Assembly (NCBI GenBank): GCA_000165425.1
Contig: CT868196.1
Coordinates: 496,001-537,272, forward strand
DNA length: 41,272 nucleotides
From: Paramecium tetraurelia
Taxonomy: Eukaryota
Reading direction: 5' to 3'
The position numbers and the translations under genes are program-made. How positions within the stretch are numbered: the stretch's first letter is position 1; each line of letters opens with the position of its first letter. Of the stretch, positions 26,544-39,062 are shown piece by piece. The notes beneath the pieces are model-generated. The model was not told the origin of the DNA, searched no databases, and saw only the letters and a list, made by a program, of their open reading frames with translations.

Positions 26544-26849
26544 GATATTATCCGTGTAATAAATCTTATTATCATAAATATTATAGTCTATTCTTATTAT
26601 ATTAATTGCACCAATGAGTTTGCTAAAAATTATTGATAGAAAATGCTATTTGCGTAATCAAGCAGTTTTCAATTCTATTAGTCAAATTTCTTACATAAAA
26701 GAAGAAGTGTATACTGATACTCGAATAAAATGGCGGGATGAAGGTTTTAGATACTTAATGGATGAGTATTAGTGACTCATAAATTAAGTAATGTATTTAA
26801 AATTTTATATGAATGGAAAATAAATGTAAATAATGAAAAGAATTTGAAA

Positions 26850-27326
26850 TCAAAATTAGTAATCCACTTTAATTGTTCCTTCATTGGTTTAAATAGTATT
26901 GTTTATGGGTTAGACTTCTTTTTTATAATTCTAAGTCTTATCTTTTATTTCATTTTGCTTAGGAATCGATTATTGTAACTTTCGAAGGATTGTAGTTAAT
27001 GATTAATCATAGTTTTTTGAAGTTAATGTTGCGTATTTATTGTACTTGAGTGGCTTTTGTAGTTTGATTTCATCAAAGATGGAATTTTTTTTAAGATTTT
27101 GAGAATTGAGTTTTTGCAATTGCTGAGTGAGATTAGTTAGCACATATTGTGAATTGTTCGATTAGGACTCTTATGGGGTTTTATCAAGAAGTTATTGTTT
27201 AAGTAATTTGATTTGGTCTTTGTGAACAGTTTTGGTTAGTCTGAATTTGCATATGTTGTGAGTGGCCATGAATATGGAATTTTTTAAGTCTTTTTCTATT
27301 TTAATTAAAATGTAATTTGTGTTCAT
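26850..27326 (-). CDS. Hypothetical protein (158 aa, intronless)
   Basis: ATG 27326 to TGA 26852-26850, 159 codons (MNTNYILIKIEKDLKNSIFMATHNICKFRLTK...EGTIKVDYQF*). No family recognised. Confidence 0.5.
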
Positions 27327-27643
27327 TTCTAGATTTGAAACGAATTTAATACATCAGATTTAATTGGTATATAATAGTGCTGGAATTAAAGAAGGTCTGT
27401 CATGAGATTTGGCAGATAGAATAACAAAGTTTGTAATCACACAATGAATAAGTTGAGAATAATGAATTATAGATATTTAATGAAAAATAATATCGTCTAA
27501 TTGAGAATTTTAATGACATATTTTGAAAATATTTTATAAATGTTTGAGAGGCAAAGGAGGAGATTGAGTTGGATGGACAAGAAGTAGGTGGTGATTGAGT
27601 TGAATTACAAAATTTATTAAATATTTTTATCTGACGAAAAGAA

Positions 27644-29190
27644 ATGTTTGTCGACTTATGGTTAAATTTCTGTTGTGCAAGAAAGCCGAAGCAGGAAGCA
27701 CAAGATCAACCTATAAGTGTAAAGGAGGATTCCAATAAACCAATACTTGATACAGGGTAAGTATATGCGCCATCTCCTGTTGAGCAGAAAGCTCTACAGT
27801 CTACATCTTAGGAGTTACGGCAGAAGTTATAGGAAGCTTAGGAGAAACGGCAGCAATAGTAGTAGCCGCAATAGCAGAACCACTTCCAGAATATGATAAA
27901 TAAAGGGGCAGTAAAAACATCAATTGAAATGGAAGGTATATTGACAATTACTATTAAGAGTGGAACCTGTGGAAGGATTTCTCTCATTATCTGATAATAA
28001 ATCCAATAAGATGGCGAGCTGGGAAGCGTTGGAACTCTCAAGATAAAATGATGTTTTAGGATAACTAGCACAGTTCTCAATCTTAGCTAAGTCTGTATCC
28101 TCTAACAACGGTCCATATTAAGGAAGTAATCCAGGAAGTTAGCCAGCGTCTGATTAATAGATTATGTCTGGACCCTATCCATAGTAAGATATCATTACGA
28201 ATATATTAGGTAAAATATTCAAAATCTTGCTTAAACTGCATAATTGGATGTAATAGAGGAGTACCCAAAAAAATCAATGATGAAGTAATAAATCCCTATT
28301 CATCATTAGATCACAAAGCCAAATATCACTTGAAACTGGAAAAATTGAGAAAAAACGAATCACAAAAGATAAAAAGCATCAGAAGGAGAAAGCACATAAA
28401 GGATCAGCCAATGATAACTTATCAAAAAAAGAAGTCACTCACGCAAAACTTTGGGATAAGAACGAGGATGCTATCTTGAGACAGGCCTACATAAACTTTA
28501 ATGGAAATTGGAGAAAGATAGCAGAGCAATTACCAGGAAGAAATATGAATTAGTGTTCATAAAGATGGAGAAGGTTGAATCCTTAAGAGGTATGTATCTT
28601 ATTTTTATTTTAAGAATAATAAGAAGAAATGGGAATTCGAGGATGATTAAAAAATTATCTAACTTGTCAAACAGTACGATAAAAATTGGGCAGAAATAGC
28701 AAAACATTTACCAGGTAAAAGTGGAAAGCAAATAAGGGAAAGATATCTAAATAAATTAGATCCATCAATCAATACAGCTTCTTGGACCAAAGAAGAAGAT
28801 GACATTATTTTGAAGGTTTACAAATAACATGGACCTAAGTGGAGTATCGCTTCAAAATAATTGAAAGGAAGACCAGTAAGCACTTATTTTTATTAATTAG
28901 GAAAATACTGTAAAAAACAGATTTTATTCATACATCAGAAGAGTCTTTTTGGGTCAGTAGAACCCATATTCAGTCGTTTTAAATAATGGGGACATTAGCG
29001 GCATTGAAAATACATTGTCCCAAGATAGTGAATCCATTAAATAACCTTTATCAATGGACTAAACTCCTTCAGTAATCATTTTTTAAATACTTAGTTCACT
29101 GCTTCTTCCTACTTAAGTTCTTTTATGGATGATGACTACATGGAAGATGAAGATGAACCAAATGAATAAGAAGATCAGTTTAAAATTTGA
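27644..29190 (+). CDS. Three-repeat (R1R2R3) Myb-family transcription factor, 6 introns
   Basis: KLWDKNEDAIL...NWRKIAEQLPGRNMNQCSQRWRRL; KWEFEDDQKII...NWAEIAKHLPGKSGKQIRERYLNKLDP; WTKEEDDIIL...GPKWSIASKQLKGRPENTVKNRFYS; acidic tail. TGA 29188-29190. Confidence 0.93.
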
Positions 29191-29203
29191 TATTATTTTT
29201 ATA

Positions 29204-30175
29204 ATGGGAAATTAATGTAACCATGTTGAAATCACTGAGGATGAGTTCAAATCTGTACAAATTGAAGGTGACTCTGACTCATTCTTTGTCTACAAGTTTG
29301 ATTCCAAATTCCCATCTCCAAATATCTCTGATCTTGGAAAGCTACAATCTCTTGATTCATCTAACAGTACTAAATCCCAATTTCATGATACAGTCAAAAA
29401 AGTCCCTTTCAATGTTAAATTACATCGAAAAAGAACCTTGAACTATGAAAGTATCCATGATTCACAGGCTCAATCCCCTACAAATTTGGTCTCTGAATAT
29501 TTTGAATACCCAAACGGTGTTTATTAGGGTACATTAATTGATGGCAAAAGGGAAGGATAAGGTTAATTTTTTTATCATGATGGTTCATATTTTAAAGGAA
29601 GTTGGAAAAATGATATGGCAGATGGTTTTGGTAAAATCAAGTTTTAAGGGGGGGAACAATATGAAGGAGAGTTCAAAAATGATTAACAACACGGTTTTGG
29701 CAGGTACGTATCAAATTAATTGAAATATGAAGGATAATGGATAGAAAATCTACCTTCTGGACATGGAATTGAAATTTATAACAAATATTATATTTACGAA
29801 GGGGACTTTTAAAATGGAATGAAGCATGGGAAAGGGAAGATCCTATGGTATAAGGATGATTCAAGGTTTGAGGGAGAGTTTTTTGACAATTAAATCAGTG
29901 GATAGGGCATATACTATTTTGGAGATGGCGAGACATATGAAGGGGAATTCAAGGATGGAAAGATGCATGGCTACGGAAAGTTGGTATGGCCGAATGGGAA
30001 AATGTATGAGGGAAATTATTATATGGGGAGAAAGTAAGGATTTGGAAAGTTTACATCTTCGGATAAGGTGTATACTGGAGAATGGTATGATGGAGTGTAT
30101 CATGGGTATGGGAAGATGGAAACGAGAGATAAAATAATAGAGGGATATTGGGAAAATGGAGTTTTTATAAAATGA
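29204..30175 (+). CDS. Intronless MORN-repeat protein with MGNQC N-terminus (323 aa)
   Basis: Single 324-codon frame with MORN units YQGTLIDGKREGQG, FKGSWKNDMADGFG, YEGEFKDGKMHGYG, YTGEWYDGVYHGYG. Confidence 0.93.
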
Positions 30176-30364
30176 ATTTCTGTATATACTTTTTGTATTT
30201 TTTAATGAGAATTGCCGATTATTAATGTGTTGACAGTTTTGTATTCTGCCTTTGGGATTAAGATTACAAAATATTGATCTTAAGAGGGTTGATATTGGTT
30301 GGAATCAAATATTTTGAATGCAGATAATTTCTGATTATATTAATGAAATATAAATTAAAAACGG

Positions 30365-31648
30365 ATGAAACGAATTGTATTGTTAACATATTTGTGCATA
30401 TACACATTTGCGACTGATTCTGTGAAAGATTTCGACTTCCTGACTCAAAGCGATTATGGGAAAAAAGTATTAAAAGAATAATAGCTAGTTCTGAAATCTA
30501 GTTCAAGTAATTATATAAATAATTATCAAGATCCTGTCGATTTGATAATTAATCTGAATCATTTTGAATCTGAGCTTGTGATGGATAGTGAAAAGACAAT
30601 GAAGGAGTATTAGACTGTCTATACACGCAGTATCAATTTTCAAAATTTATAATATAGATATTGAGAGGAAATAAGCATTGAAATAAAAGATCTTCTTATC
30701 AAAATATTAATTATAAAATGTTGGTGAAGAACTTACAATTGTCACAAAGGAAAAAGAATTTTCAGGAAAAATATTCGAAGAAAGAAAGAGATTATTAACA
30801 GAAGAGAATAAATTTGTTCCTTAGATGCAAGCTATTCGTAATGATGAAGTAAGTTTCAAATCAATTATTTGCTAGATTGATAAACTCTAAAATTTAAAAA
30901 AGGAAATAAACCAAACCTCTAAAGTCATAAATTCATTTTTATAACACTTTTAAGGCTTAGCTCATTTCTTGGCCAAAAAACCAGATTTGAGTGAGTCACC
31001 AGCCTTCTTAGCTAACAACAAATAGAATGATGAATTGAATAAGTTTAAATCAATGTGCAATGATATCAGAAACGATTTAGATACTGTTGTTATTGATAAC
31101 CCTTACACCCTAGTATTATGTATATTTCCATCTAATATTCCAAGTTTCGTTGAAACCATTATTGGCTCCTGAAAATGCTCATTTGATTGAAGAGGTTCCT
31201 TAATTATTAAAAACCTTATTACTTGCCTTGGAATCAAGTTCAGAAGAAATTGAAGCTGTAAGCAACGAGAGACAAGAGTTGTTCAATATTGAAAGAAATG
31301 AGCTTAAAAAAGATGTTGATAAAAGATCAGCTGAAGTATAGTCTCAATTTAAATTAAAATAGTGCGATTAAATTAAATAAATATTTGAAAGATCCTCAGT
31401 TGATTTAGAGAACTTGACTAATTAACAAAGTGATTTGAAGAAGAAGATTACGTAATTGTAGACAGAATAAGAACAACTATAATCCGATATGGAAGGATAA
31501 CAAGTATTGAAATTATTATATCTAATAGAGAGAATACAGAAATAAGTTAAAGAATAATTTAGCCAACTTAGGTTTAATTAGGAAAATTAAATACTTGTTA
31601 AGTTAAAACAATAAAGGGTATTTGCAATTCATTAAAAATTAGAAATGA
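30365..31648 (+). CDS. Secreted coiled-coil protein resembling a divergent trichocyst matrix protein (TMP/Grl-like) precursor, ~6 introns
   Basis: Signal peptide MKRIVLLTYLCIYTFA, then SDYGKKVL, two coiled-coil halves (..QAIRNDE..) separated by a linker containing SPAFL. Size and layout fit TMP precursors. TGA 31646-31648. Confidence 0.62.
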
Positions 31649-31916
31649 TGAGCATATATATTTGTTTTAATCTATATATTTACATCATAATTAAACTTCA
31701 AGCTTATTGTATAGAACTTGTCATTGGATTGAATGCTCTTTAATTCTATTGGTCAATTATACATAATTTTTGATTTATAATATTGTGATTCATGAGTCTT
31801 AGATGAAATTGCAATTGAATACATCTTGTCTATTTTATCAAGCACTTTTTAATACGGATTAATAATATTGTTATAAAGTGTGCGTTTATGTAGCAAATGG
31901 ATATATTTATTTTCAA

Positions 31917-32768
31917 ATGGAAATCATCGAAACCTATCACAATTCAAAGTAATTGATTGGAGGAGATCGCAATTAAAACGAACTAGTGATTGCTTAATGG
32001 GGTGGCAATGTGCTATTCAAGAGGAAAAACGCAGAGGACGTTAAAGTCAATACTTTTTGTGTAGGTAAAGAATCAATTGATAATAAAGGCCTTCTTAAGA
32101 TTACAGGTGATAAATATTTGTGCTTTACCAGCAAAAATCATTTATTACAAATAAATGAAGATAGAAAAATCGAATAAATAGATTAACAAGATAGTCCCTA
32201 CTTTGTTTGCGACTTTTATTTGAAAACTTGTCTATTCATGCATAATACTATTTAATAATAACGATTTTTGTGTCTTTGGAATATGCTGACGTAATAGAAA
32301 TCCAAATATGAACATCTCAGCAGCATTACAAGTGTAATGGCTGCTGATGATGGCATTTGGTTAGGAGATAAGGATGGATATTTGAATTTTATAACTTATA
32401 AATTGAAGCTTCAAAAACGTGTTAGAAGTATATATTTCTATTAGATCATAGTATTTTCAAATGAAATCTCCAAAATCTAAACAATGAACAAGAAAATATA
32501 TTGTGTTTCATAGAAGGAACTAAAGCTATTTTTCCAAGATTAAATTGTCTCAATCTCTACCTTCGATAGTGAGATTAGCTGTATTGGTGCATTCAAAAAT
32601 AAATTGATATTGGGGACAACAACTGGATAGTTAATGATTTAAGAAAATTAGAAGATTTTTGCAAAACATCAACTACATGCTAATTCCATAACGAGTGTCT
32701 CTGTTAATGGTAATCAAATTGTAACAACCAGCAGTGATCGCACTGCTAAAGTCATTCAAATAAGCTGA
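31917..32768 (+). CDS. Small WD40-like beta-propeller protein
   Basis: ATG 31917 to TGA 32766-32768 in one frame, with two putative 24-nt introns. Blades such as ITSVMAADDGIWLGDKDGYLNF, ISCIGAFKNKLILGTTTGQLMI, LHANSITSVSVNGNQIVTTSSDRTAKVIQI. Confidence 0.8.
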
Positions 32769-32984
32769 GAATGATAAATATATATAGATATAGAAACAAA
32801 TTAAGATAAAATTCTTATATAAATTTAGATTATCATAATGAAATAATACTCTTGGATGCTTCTTCTACACATCAATATTCTTGTCTAAGAATATCAAATT
32901 TTCAAATTTTAACTATTCTAAACAACACTTGATCGTTTTTAAGAATTTAATTATAAACATTTACTCTTATTTTTTAATTATTAA

Positions 32985-35900
32985 ATGAATTAAATACCTT
33001 AATAAGATGAGGAAGGCTAAAATTTAATAGTCAATGAGAATACACAAGAATAATATCAACCTCAAGTGTAAAGATTCTCCTCGAGTTCAAATTGGGAAGA
33101 ATATGATAAACCAAAATAAAAACCAGATCAATCAGGTCCATCTAAATTTGATGCCATTGTGATTCTGATACTTTTATTAATGATTGGATTATCTGGATTT
33201 GGATTATTAAAACATTACAATGGTAATGAATGATGGTTCTATGCATTAGTTGTGATTCCGAATAAACCAATAGAAAATAATGTACGTGTTACTCCATAAT
33301 TAGTTCACCCAAAAGAATCAGTTGTTTAAGATGTTTTTAATAAAATAAGTGAAGGGCTATAAAATTTAGGTCAAGAGAAGGTTGAAAAGTAAATTCCGAA
33401 AGAAGATGAATAAACCTTAGATGAAGTACTGGATAATTATTTATCAAAAATCGAGTAATATAATGACATACGTACAGATTGGATTGATGATGATGATATC
33501 CAAATTAAGAATAAGGAAAATGATACTATAAACAAATAGGCATAATTGGAGCAATAGTTGGAATAATAGTTAAATATTGTGGATGACTTAGAAGAATTGA
33601 TCATATCACAAGAAGCTGAAATATCAATAATTAAGCCAGTCTTTTCAAAGAATATTTATACATATAAAGAATTACAAAACGGATTAAAGATCTTATACAT
33701 CTAATCTCCAACTGAAGGCATAAACTTGGTTGTATCCATTAATATTGGCAGTATCAATGACCCATAGGAATATCCTGGATTAACTGAGCTAATGTTCAGA
33801 TGTCTATAAACCAATTTCTAGGTTGAGGTTCATGAATAATTCACTTTTTTGAAAGTCTAATTAAACCTATTGGAAGAATTAAATGCAAAATTAAAGGAGC
33901 TATTTATTATATTCACATAACCTATGTTTGTTGATATTGTAAAAAATGCTAAGGAACTCTATGAAAAAATGATGAATGATTCTAAGTCTGCTCATTTCCA
34001 ATACGTGTCTCAATTTTTAAATTCATTAGCAAACTTAAAAGAATTATCCATTCTATCTGTTGAATAAGATTACCTATACCAATTTTATACCGAACATATC
34101 TCTTCGGATTCAATTAGTTTTGTTTTCAAAAGTCAAGAGGAGTATGAGACTCTTTAATCCAGACTATTAACATCTGATTTAATGAAATTGAAAAATTTGC
34201 ACAAGTATCATGATCCAACCTATGAAAATAATTATCCATAAAGCAGACAAATTCTTAAATTCAGGAGTGACACAGATCTACTACAACTACTCTCAATAAG
34301 TGACGAATTAAGTTGTCAAAGATTTTTATCATATTTATTACCAAAGCCATTCACAGGATCTATCCAAGAAAATTAGTTATCTATCACATTAGACGTAGAG
34401 GTCGGTAATGCTTTAAATACTATTAACAAATTTATTTCGTTTCTCAGCTTTCTATAATCAGCTGATGAAACCTAATTAACATATTTGTATTCCCAAATGT
34501 TGGCTACTGAAGAATTATTGTTTAATACAAAATATCAGGAAGATTTAACAAAGATTAGTTAGAATCTATTCAAAGATCCAATATATGGATTAAAAGGAGA
34601 AGAGAGTTTCCCTATTTTTGATAAAGATGAATTTGATTAATATTTAACTAATCTATAGAACAACTTCATCATTTTGATAGGAAGTGATAACTTTTAATTT
34701 GATCCTAATCACAAATCAATAAATGACGATTCAATATTTATTGTTGATGCAGTCCTAAATAAACTTCATTAAGAATTTCAATATGATTTGAAACTTGTAA
34801 CTAAAAAATTTGATGAAACAAATCAATATCAATTCTAATTGCCATCATTAAGCACATTTTTACCAGAGAATTTGGCATTAGTATCGGTTTGTCAAGCACC
34901 AACTTAATACAATACTCAAGATGAAAGTAAATCTTAAGTAGATGATTTAATTAATTCTGTTAAAGATGGAAAATATGATGGGTCATAACTGATTAAGTTT
35001 GAAACCATTGAATTTAAGTGTGAATTTCCTATGCCTAATTTTATGAATAATTGCACTGAATAAGAAAAAGCTGCTCAAATATCCTTGGTTCCATTCTAAA
35101 TTTCTAGTAATGTATGGTGGAAACCAAGTAGATTAGGGGCTATGGTGTTTACAGGGCTGTTTATAGAAAAACCAGAATCTACTTTGGTTGAAGGGAAAAC
35201 AATGCTTAAATTATTGTAAAAGTTTTATACCGAACTATCAAAGAAGCAATTCTAATAAGAAATTCTGTTTGGTTATGAATTAACTTTTAAGGAAACTATA
35301 AATGGACTTAATATACAAATGTTGAGTTATTCTGAGAAACAATCAGAATTTTAGGATAAAGTGTTTGATCTTATGAGTACTGATGATGAACAATTATTTA
35401 TTTATGTAAAAGATTTGTTAAGCTAAGATATTAAAAGATTTCATGATCAAAAATTATCATTGCTAACTTAACAATACTATTTACCTAAGATCTTACTTAG
35501 ACCTGTCAGTTCTCCATAAGAAATATTAGATGAATTAGTAAAAATTGATTATCAAAGTTTCTAAATGTTCCAAGCTTAAGTGTTAGCTAGTAAAATTTAA
35601 ATTCTTAATTTGGGAAATATTCTACCCAGTGATAGTGTATTTGAAGATTCATAGGAAATGTATATTACTAGAACATTGAATTTAAAGGGATAGAATCTAA
35701 AATACAAAGTTAAAAGGGAATCAAGCATAGATAATATGTCTTCAGTCTTAAATTACTATTAAACAGGTTTGAAGAATTTGGAAAACACTGCTAAATTATA
35801 TTTCTATGCTGACTTCCTCCAATTATATGCTAATAATTATTTCCCTATGGGTTAATAGGTCACAATTAAAAGAAAACCATTAGGATGTGCTGATGGTCTC

Positions 35901-36317
35901 TAAATCTATCTTTAAGGAGCTAGTCCTAAAAAAGGAAAGGAATAGATTGATCAATTTTTAAAACAAGCTAACATTTATTTAAATAAATTGTTAGATGAAG
36001 AAATTTTAGATTAAAAGTCTCAAACAATAATCAAATTATCAAATGAAATTAAATTTAAGACTCTATAAGAAGAAGGGCAATTTGTTTGGGATAAAATAGT
36101 GAATAAAAATTATGCTTTTACAGAAATCTAAGATGTGATAAGATATTTAGATGAAGCCTTCCCTCAAAAGTTAAGAGAATGTCAAAATTTGACATTGCAA
36201 GGTTCAATTAGTGTCCAAGTGTATGCTGCATAGGAAGAAATTGAAAGCGATGACGGAATTCAGTAAATAGAAGAATTGACTGATTAAGATGTATATGAAT
36301 GTTTCTTTTAATTATGA
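32985..36317 (+). CDS. Membrane-anchored insulinase (peptidase M16A)-like protein lacking HxxEH (~1100 aa), 1 intron
   Basis: ATG 32985, hydrophobic AIVILILLLMIGLSGFGLL, a 27-nt intron carrying an in-frame TGA, then IIKPVFSKNIYTYKELQNGLKILYIQ...INIGSINDPQEYPGL and LYQFYTEHISSDSISFVF, paralleling insulysin/pitrilysin. TGA 36315-36317. Confidence 0.82.
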
Positions 36318-36402
36318 GTGATTTAGTTTTATGTATTTACCTAAATTCGTACATTAGAAAGAATTTATATAGCATATTTTATTGGTATATTATAAATTAT
36401 AT

Positions 36403-38767
36403 TCAAATCATGTTATCTTAATTAGGCACCATAATTTCTGCGTTTCCATAATCTCCAATTAATGGGACCATACTCTTGTTGAAATAGGATCTTGCTGCCA
36501 TGGATTGATTATCTTTAACTGGTAAACTAAGCATATTTTTATCAGCAATATTGGTAACAATAAAGTTATTGGTGTTTGTATTTTGATTCAATTGCATTTG
36601 TTCTTCTTCTTCTTCATTTTCTAGTAGATTCTTCTTTCTAAAAGTATTCCTTTTACTAATCAGATTTAGATGTTTAATTTAATATTATTTTCTATATTCT
36701 GAGGCATTACTTACAGCTATGGTTTACAATTCCCAATTAACCTTTTCTTATGGAGGTAATGAATGATGAAATTAACTATGTTGATCTGATTTGTCTGACT
36801 GAATTTTAGAGGACTCTTAAGAGATATTATCTTATTCTTCTGATTGATTCATATCTGGTCCGCCTTGTTAAACTATTTTTTATTGTTATTCAACAACTAT
36901 TTCTTCTTATTGTGGAACTGTTTAAATGAATTTGGCTAAGGCTTGCATTTCCATACTAAGATTGAGACTACTGTTTTTAAGATGTTCCAAATATTCAGGA
37001 ATGAAATCAGTTGTTTTCATTTCTATAACTTTGTAATTGCTGGATTCGTTTTTTCTTTCAAGAACAGCTTTGATGTAATTATTCTGTAAATTCTCTAAGA
37101 TGACCAATTTATCATCAAGAGTTTGTTCTCCAAAACGAATACTGAGAAATCTAACATCATCAAAGAATTGAAGTACACAACTAAAATTGTACTCTACATT
37201 TTGGATATTGTTTTTAATGAACTCCTCTCTATATTCCATAACTTTATAGAGATCTTTTACAAATTATTGAAATGATAAAGTTTTTAGGAATTGCAAGAAA
37301 AAGAGTTGATCTTGACTTTCAAACGAATTCAGAAATTTCTTATAATCAAACATAACAATCTTTTTCTCTGTTTTCTGATTTGATGTATCAGTACTAAAGT
37401 ATTTATAGATATCATTTAACATGAGCAATTTAACATTATAAAATGCTTATCGATATTTCATTATCCCTTCTTCAAAAATTTCCTATTTTATTAAATATAA
37501 TTACATTCTCATAGAATTTAAGATCTGCAAATACAGTGTTCATTTTTCGAATGAAGTAATTTTGATATTGTTTGGGGCATTTTGGATCATCTGACCTGGA
37601 TAGAATGCGCCCATCATCAATATCATAAATTACTCGTTTTAATTCCTTTGGCAATGGTTTTTCAGACTAAATTTAATGAATTTATTTACTATTTCATAGA
37701 GATTTCTATCTAGACCAATGATATAGGGGAGTTGGGATTTATGGAAATCGAATGATCCAGGTCTTAGAAATGGGATAAAGAGACCTCGCCATTACAAAGG
37801 AGCAAGTAACTCGACTAATGATTGGCAAAATAATGTTATTCCTGCAGGTTTACGAGATACAATGATGATTTGATATTCAAGCATCATGTATAATAGTAAT
37901 TTGTACAAATTAAAGATTGGCTAATTGAAAATTAAAACATCGAAAAGGTTATTTGACAACTTAAAAATAGAAAAGTGAGTTGCTAAATGTGAGTTGGAGA
38001 CGTAGTAGTTCATCCAGATCTCAGAACTGCTGAACTTTAACCTATACTCTACGCTTGCTATTTATTGATATACAAATACTTATCTTATACTATTGGACAT
38101 TGTGTCAATGCTGTTCGAATATAGAAATCGTATAGTTTGATTTCTTCAATCTAATATTCCTATTGCCCTCTCTTGATAGTTATTATTTTATCTCTTTCTC
38201 TGTTTTATGATAGCCGAAGCTTCTGGATTTTCAGCAATTGCATCACAAAACTTCGTTGGGGGATGAATGCAGGAAAACAAGATATTACACAGAAGGCCTT
38301 AGGCACAAAGACTTACATTAATTTATCGTTCGGAGGCATGATTATGAACATCTTCTCATAGAAGCAAGCGGATGTACAATAAAACTTGATGTGCTATTTG
38401 AAATCATTGATAACAAAGTAATTGATCTCATTTGTAGAAGCCTAAACGTCATCCTCCTTGAAATATTCTTCTATTTTATTAAATTTGCTATCGCCTTCTT
38501 TGATTGTTTTTACTCCCAAAGGAAAGCACCACTAAAAGATTAGAATTTCAATAACTATTACCAAAGCGATGTCTGCTAGAACGTGATTCATCTTACGTTC
38601 CACTGGATTAGGAAATATTGTAAGTATAGCGAGATCCTTCTTATTTGCAGTAGTACATGATTAAAGTATCACATCTACAAATAGATTAATCGTTTGTGAT
38701 TACCTTAATCATTAGTTTTGATCCCTGTAGTCACAAAGAATTCAAATAGGTTGCCTAATTTCTCCAT
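36403..38767 (-). CDS. DENN-domain protein (uDENN-cDENN-dDENN; putative Rab GEF), 5 introns
   Basis: LFEFFVTTG, WCFPLG, VPKAFCVISCFP, MLEYQIIIVS...LLAPLQWRGLFIPFL...PYIIGL, VIYDIDDG, FDYKKFL...FLKTLSFQQFV. ATG 38767, TGA 36405-36403. Confidence 0.9.
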
Positions 38768-39062
38768 AAAAATTTAATAATAATCAATATAGTTTGGAAT
38801 TAAGAATCAACTCAATGCAATCCTCAATTTAAATAAAATCATGGATTGAATAAGTTATAAAGTTGAATTGAATACTGTCTACAATCAATTTTAAAGTGGG
38901 TTTACTAATTATCAGTGTTTAATAAATATTTATTATTGATTCGAATTCTGTTACAATCTCAACTGCTAATTCAAATAAACAAATATTTTTCAGTTGATTT
39001 AAAGTTTAAATGTAATAAATGCAAATCGCACTCTCTTTATCACTAGTTTATTATTATTTTTA

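Noticed and set aside
13438..30175. Periodic GGA/TGG-rich repeats as a CRISPR array or satellite
   Set aside because: They are degenerate 23-aa MORN coding repeats, with no identical repeats or unique spacers.
33223..33249. In-frame TGA in the M16-like gene as readthrough or selenocysteine
   Set aside because: It lies inside a canonical 27-nt GTA..TAG intron. Stop-containing 3n introns are expected in Paramecium.
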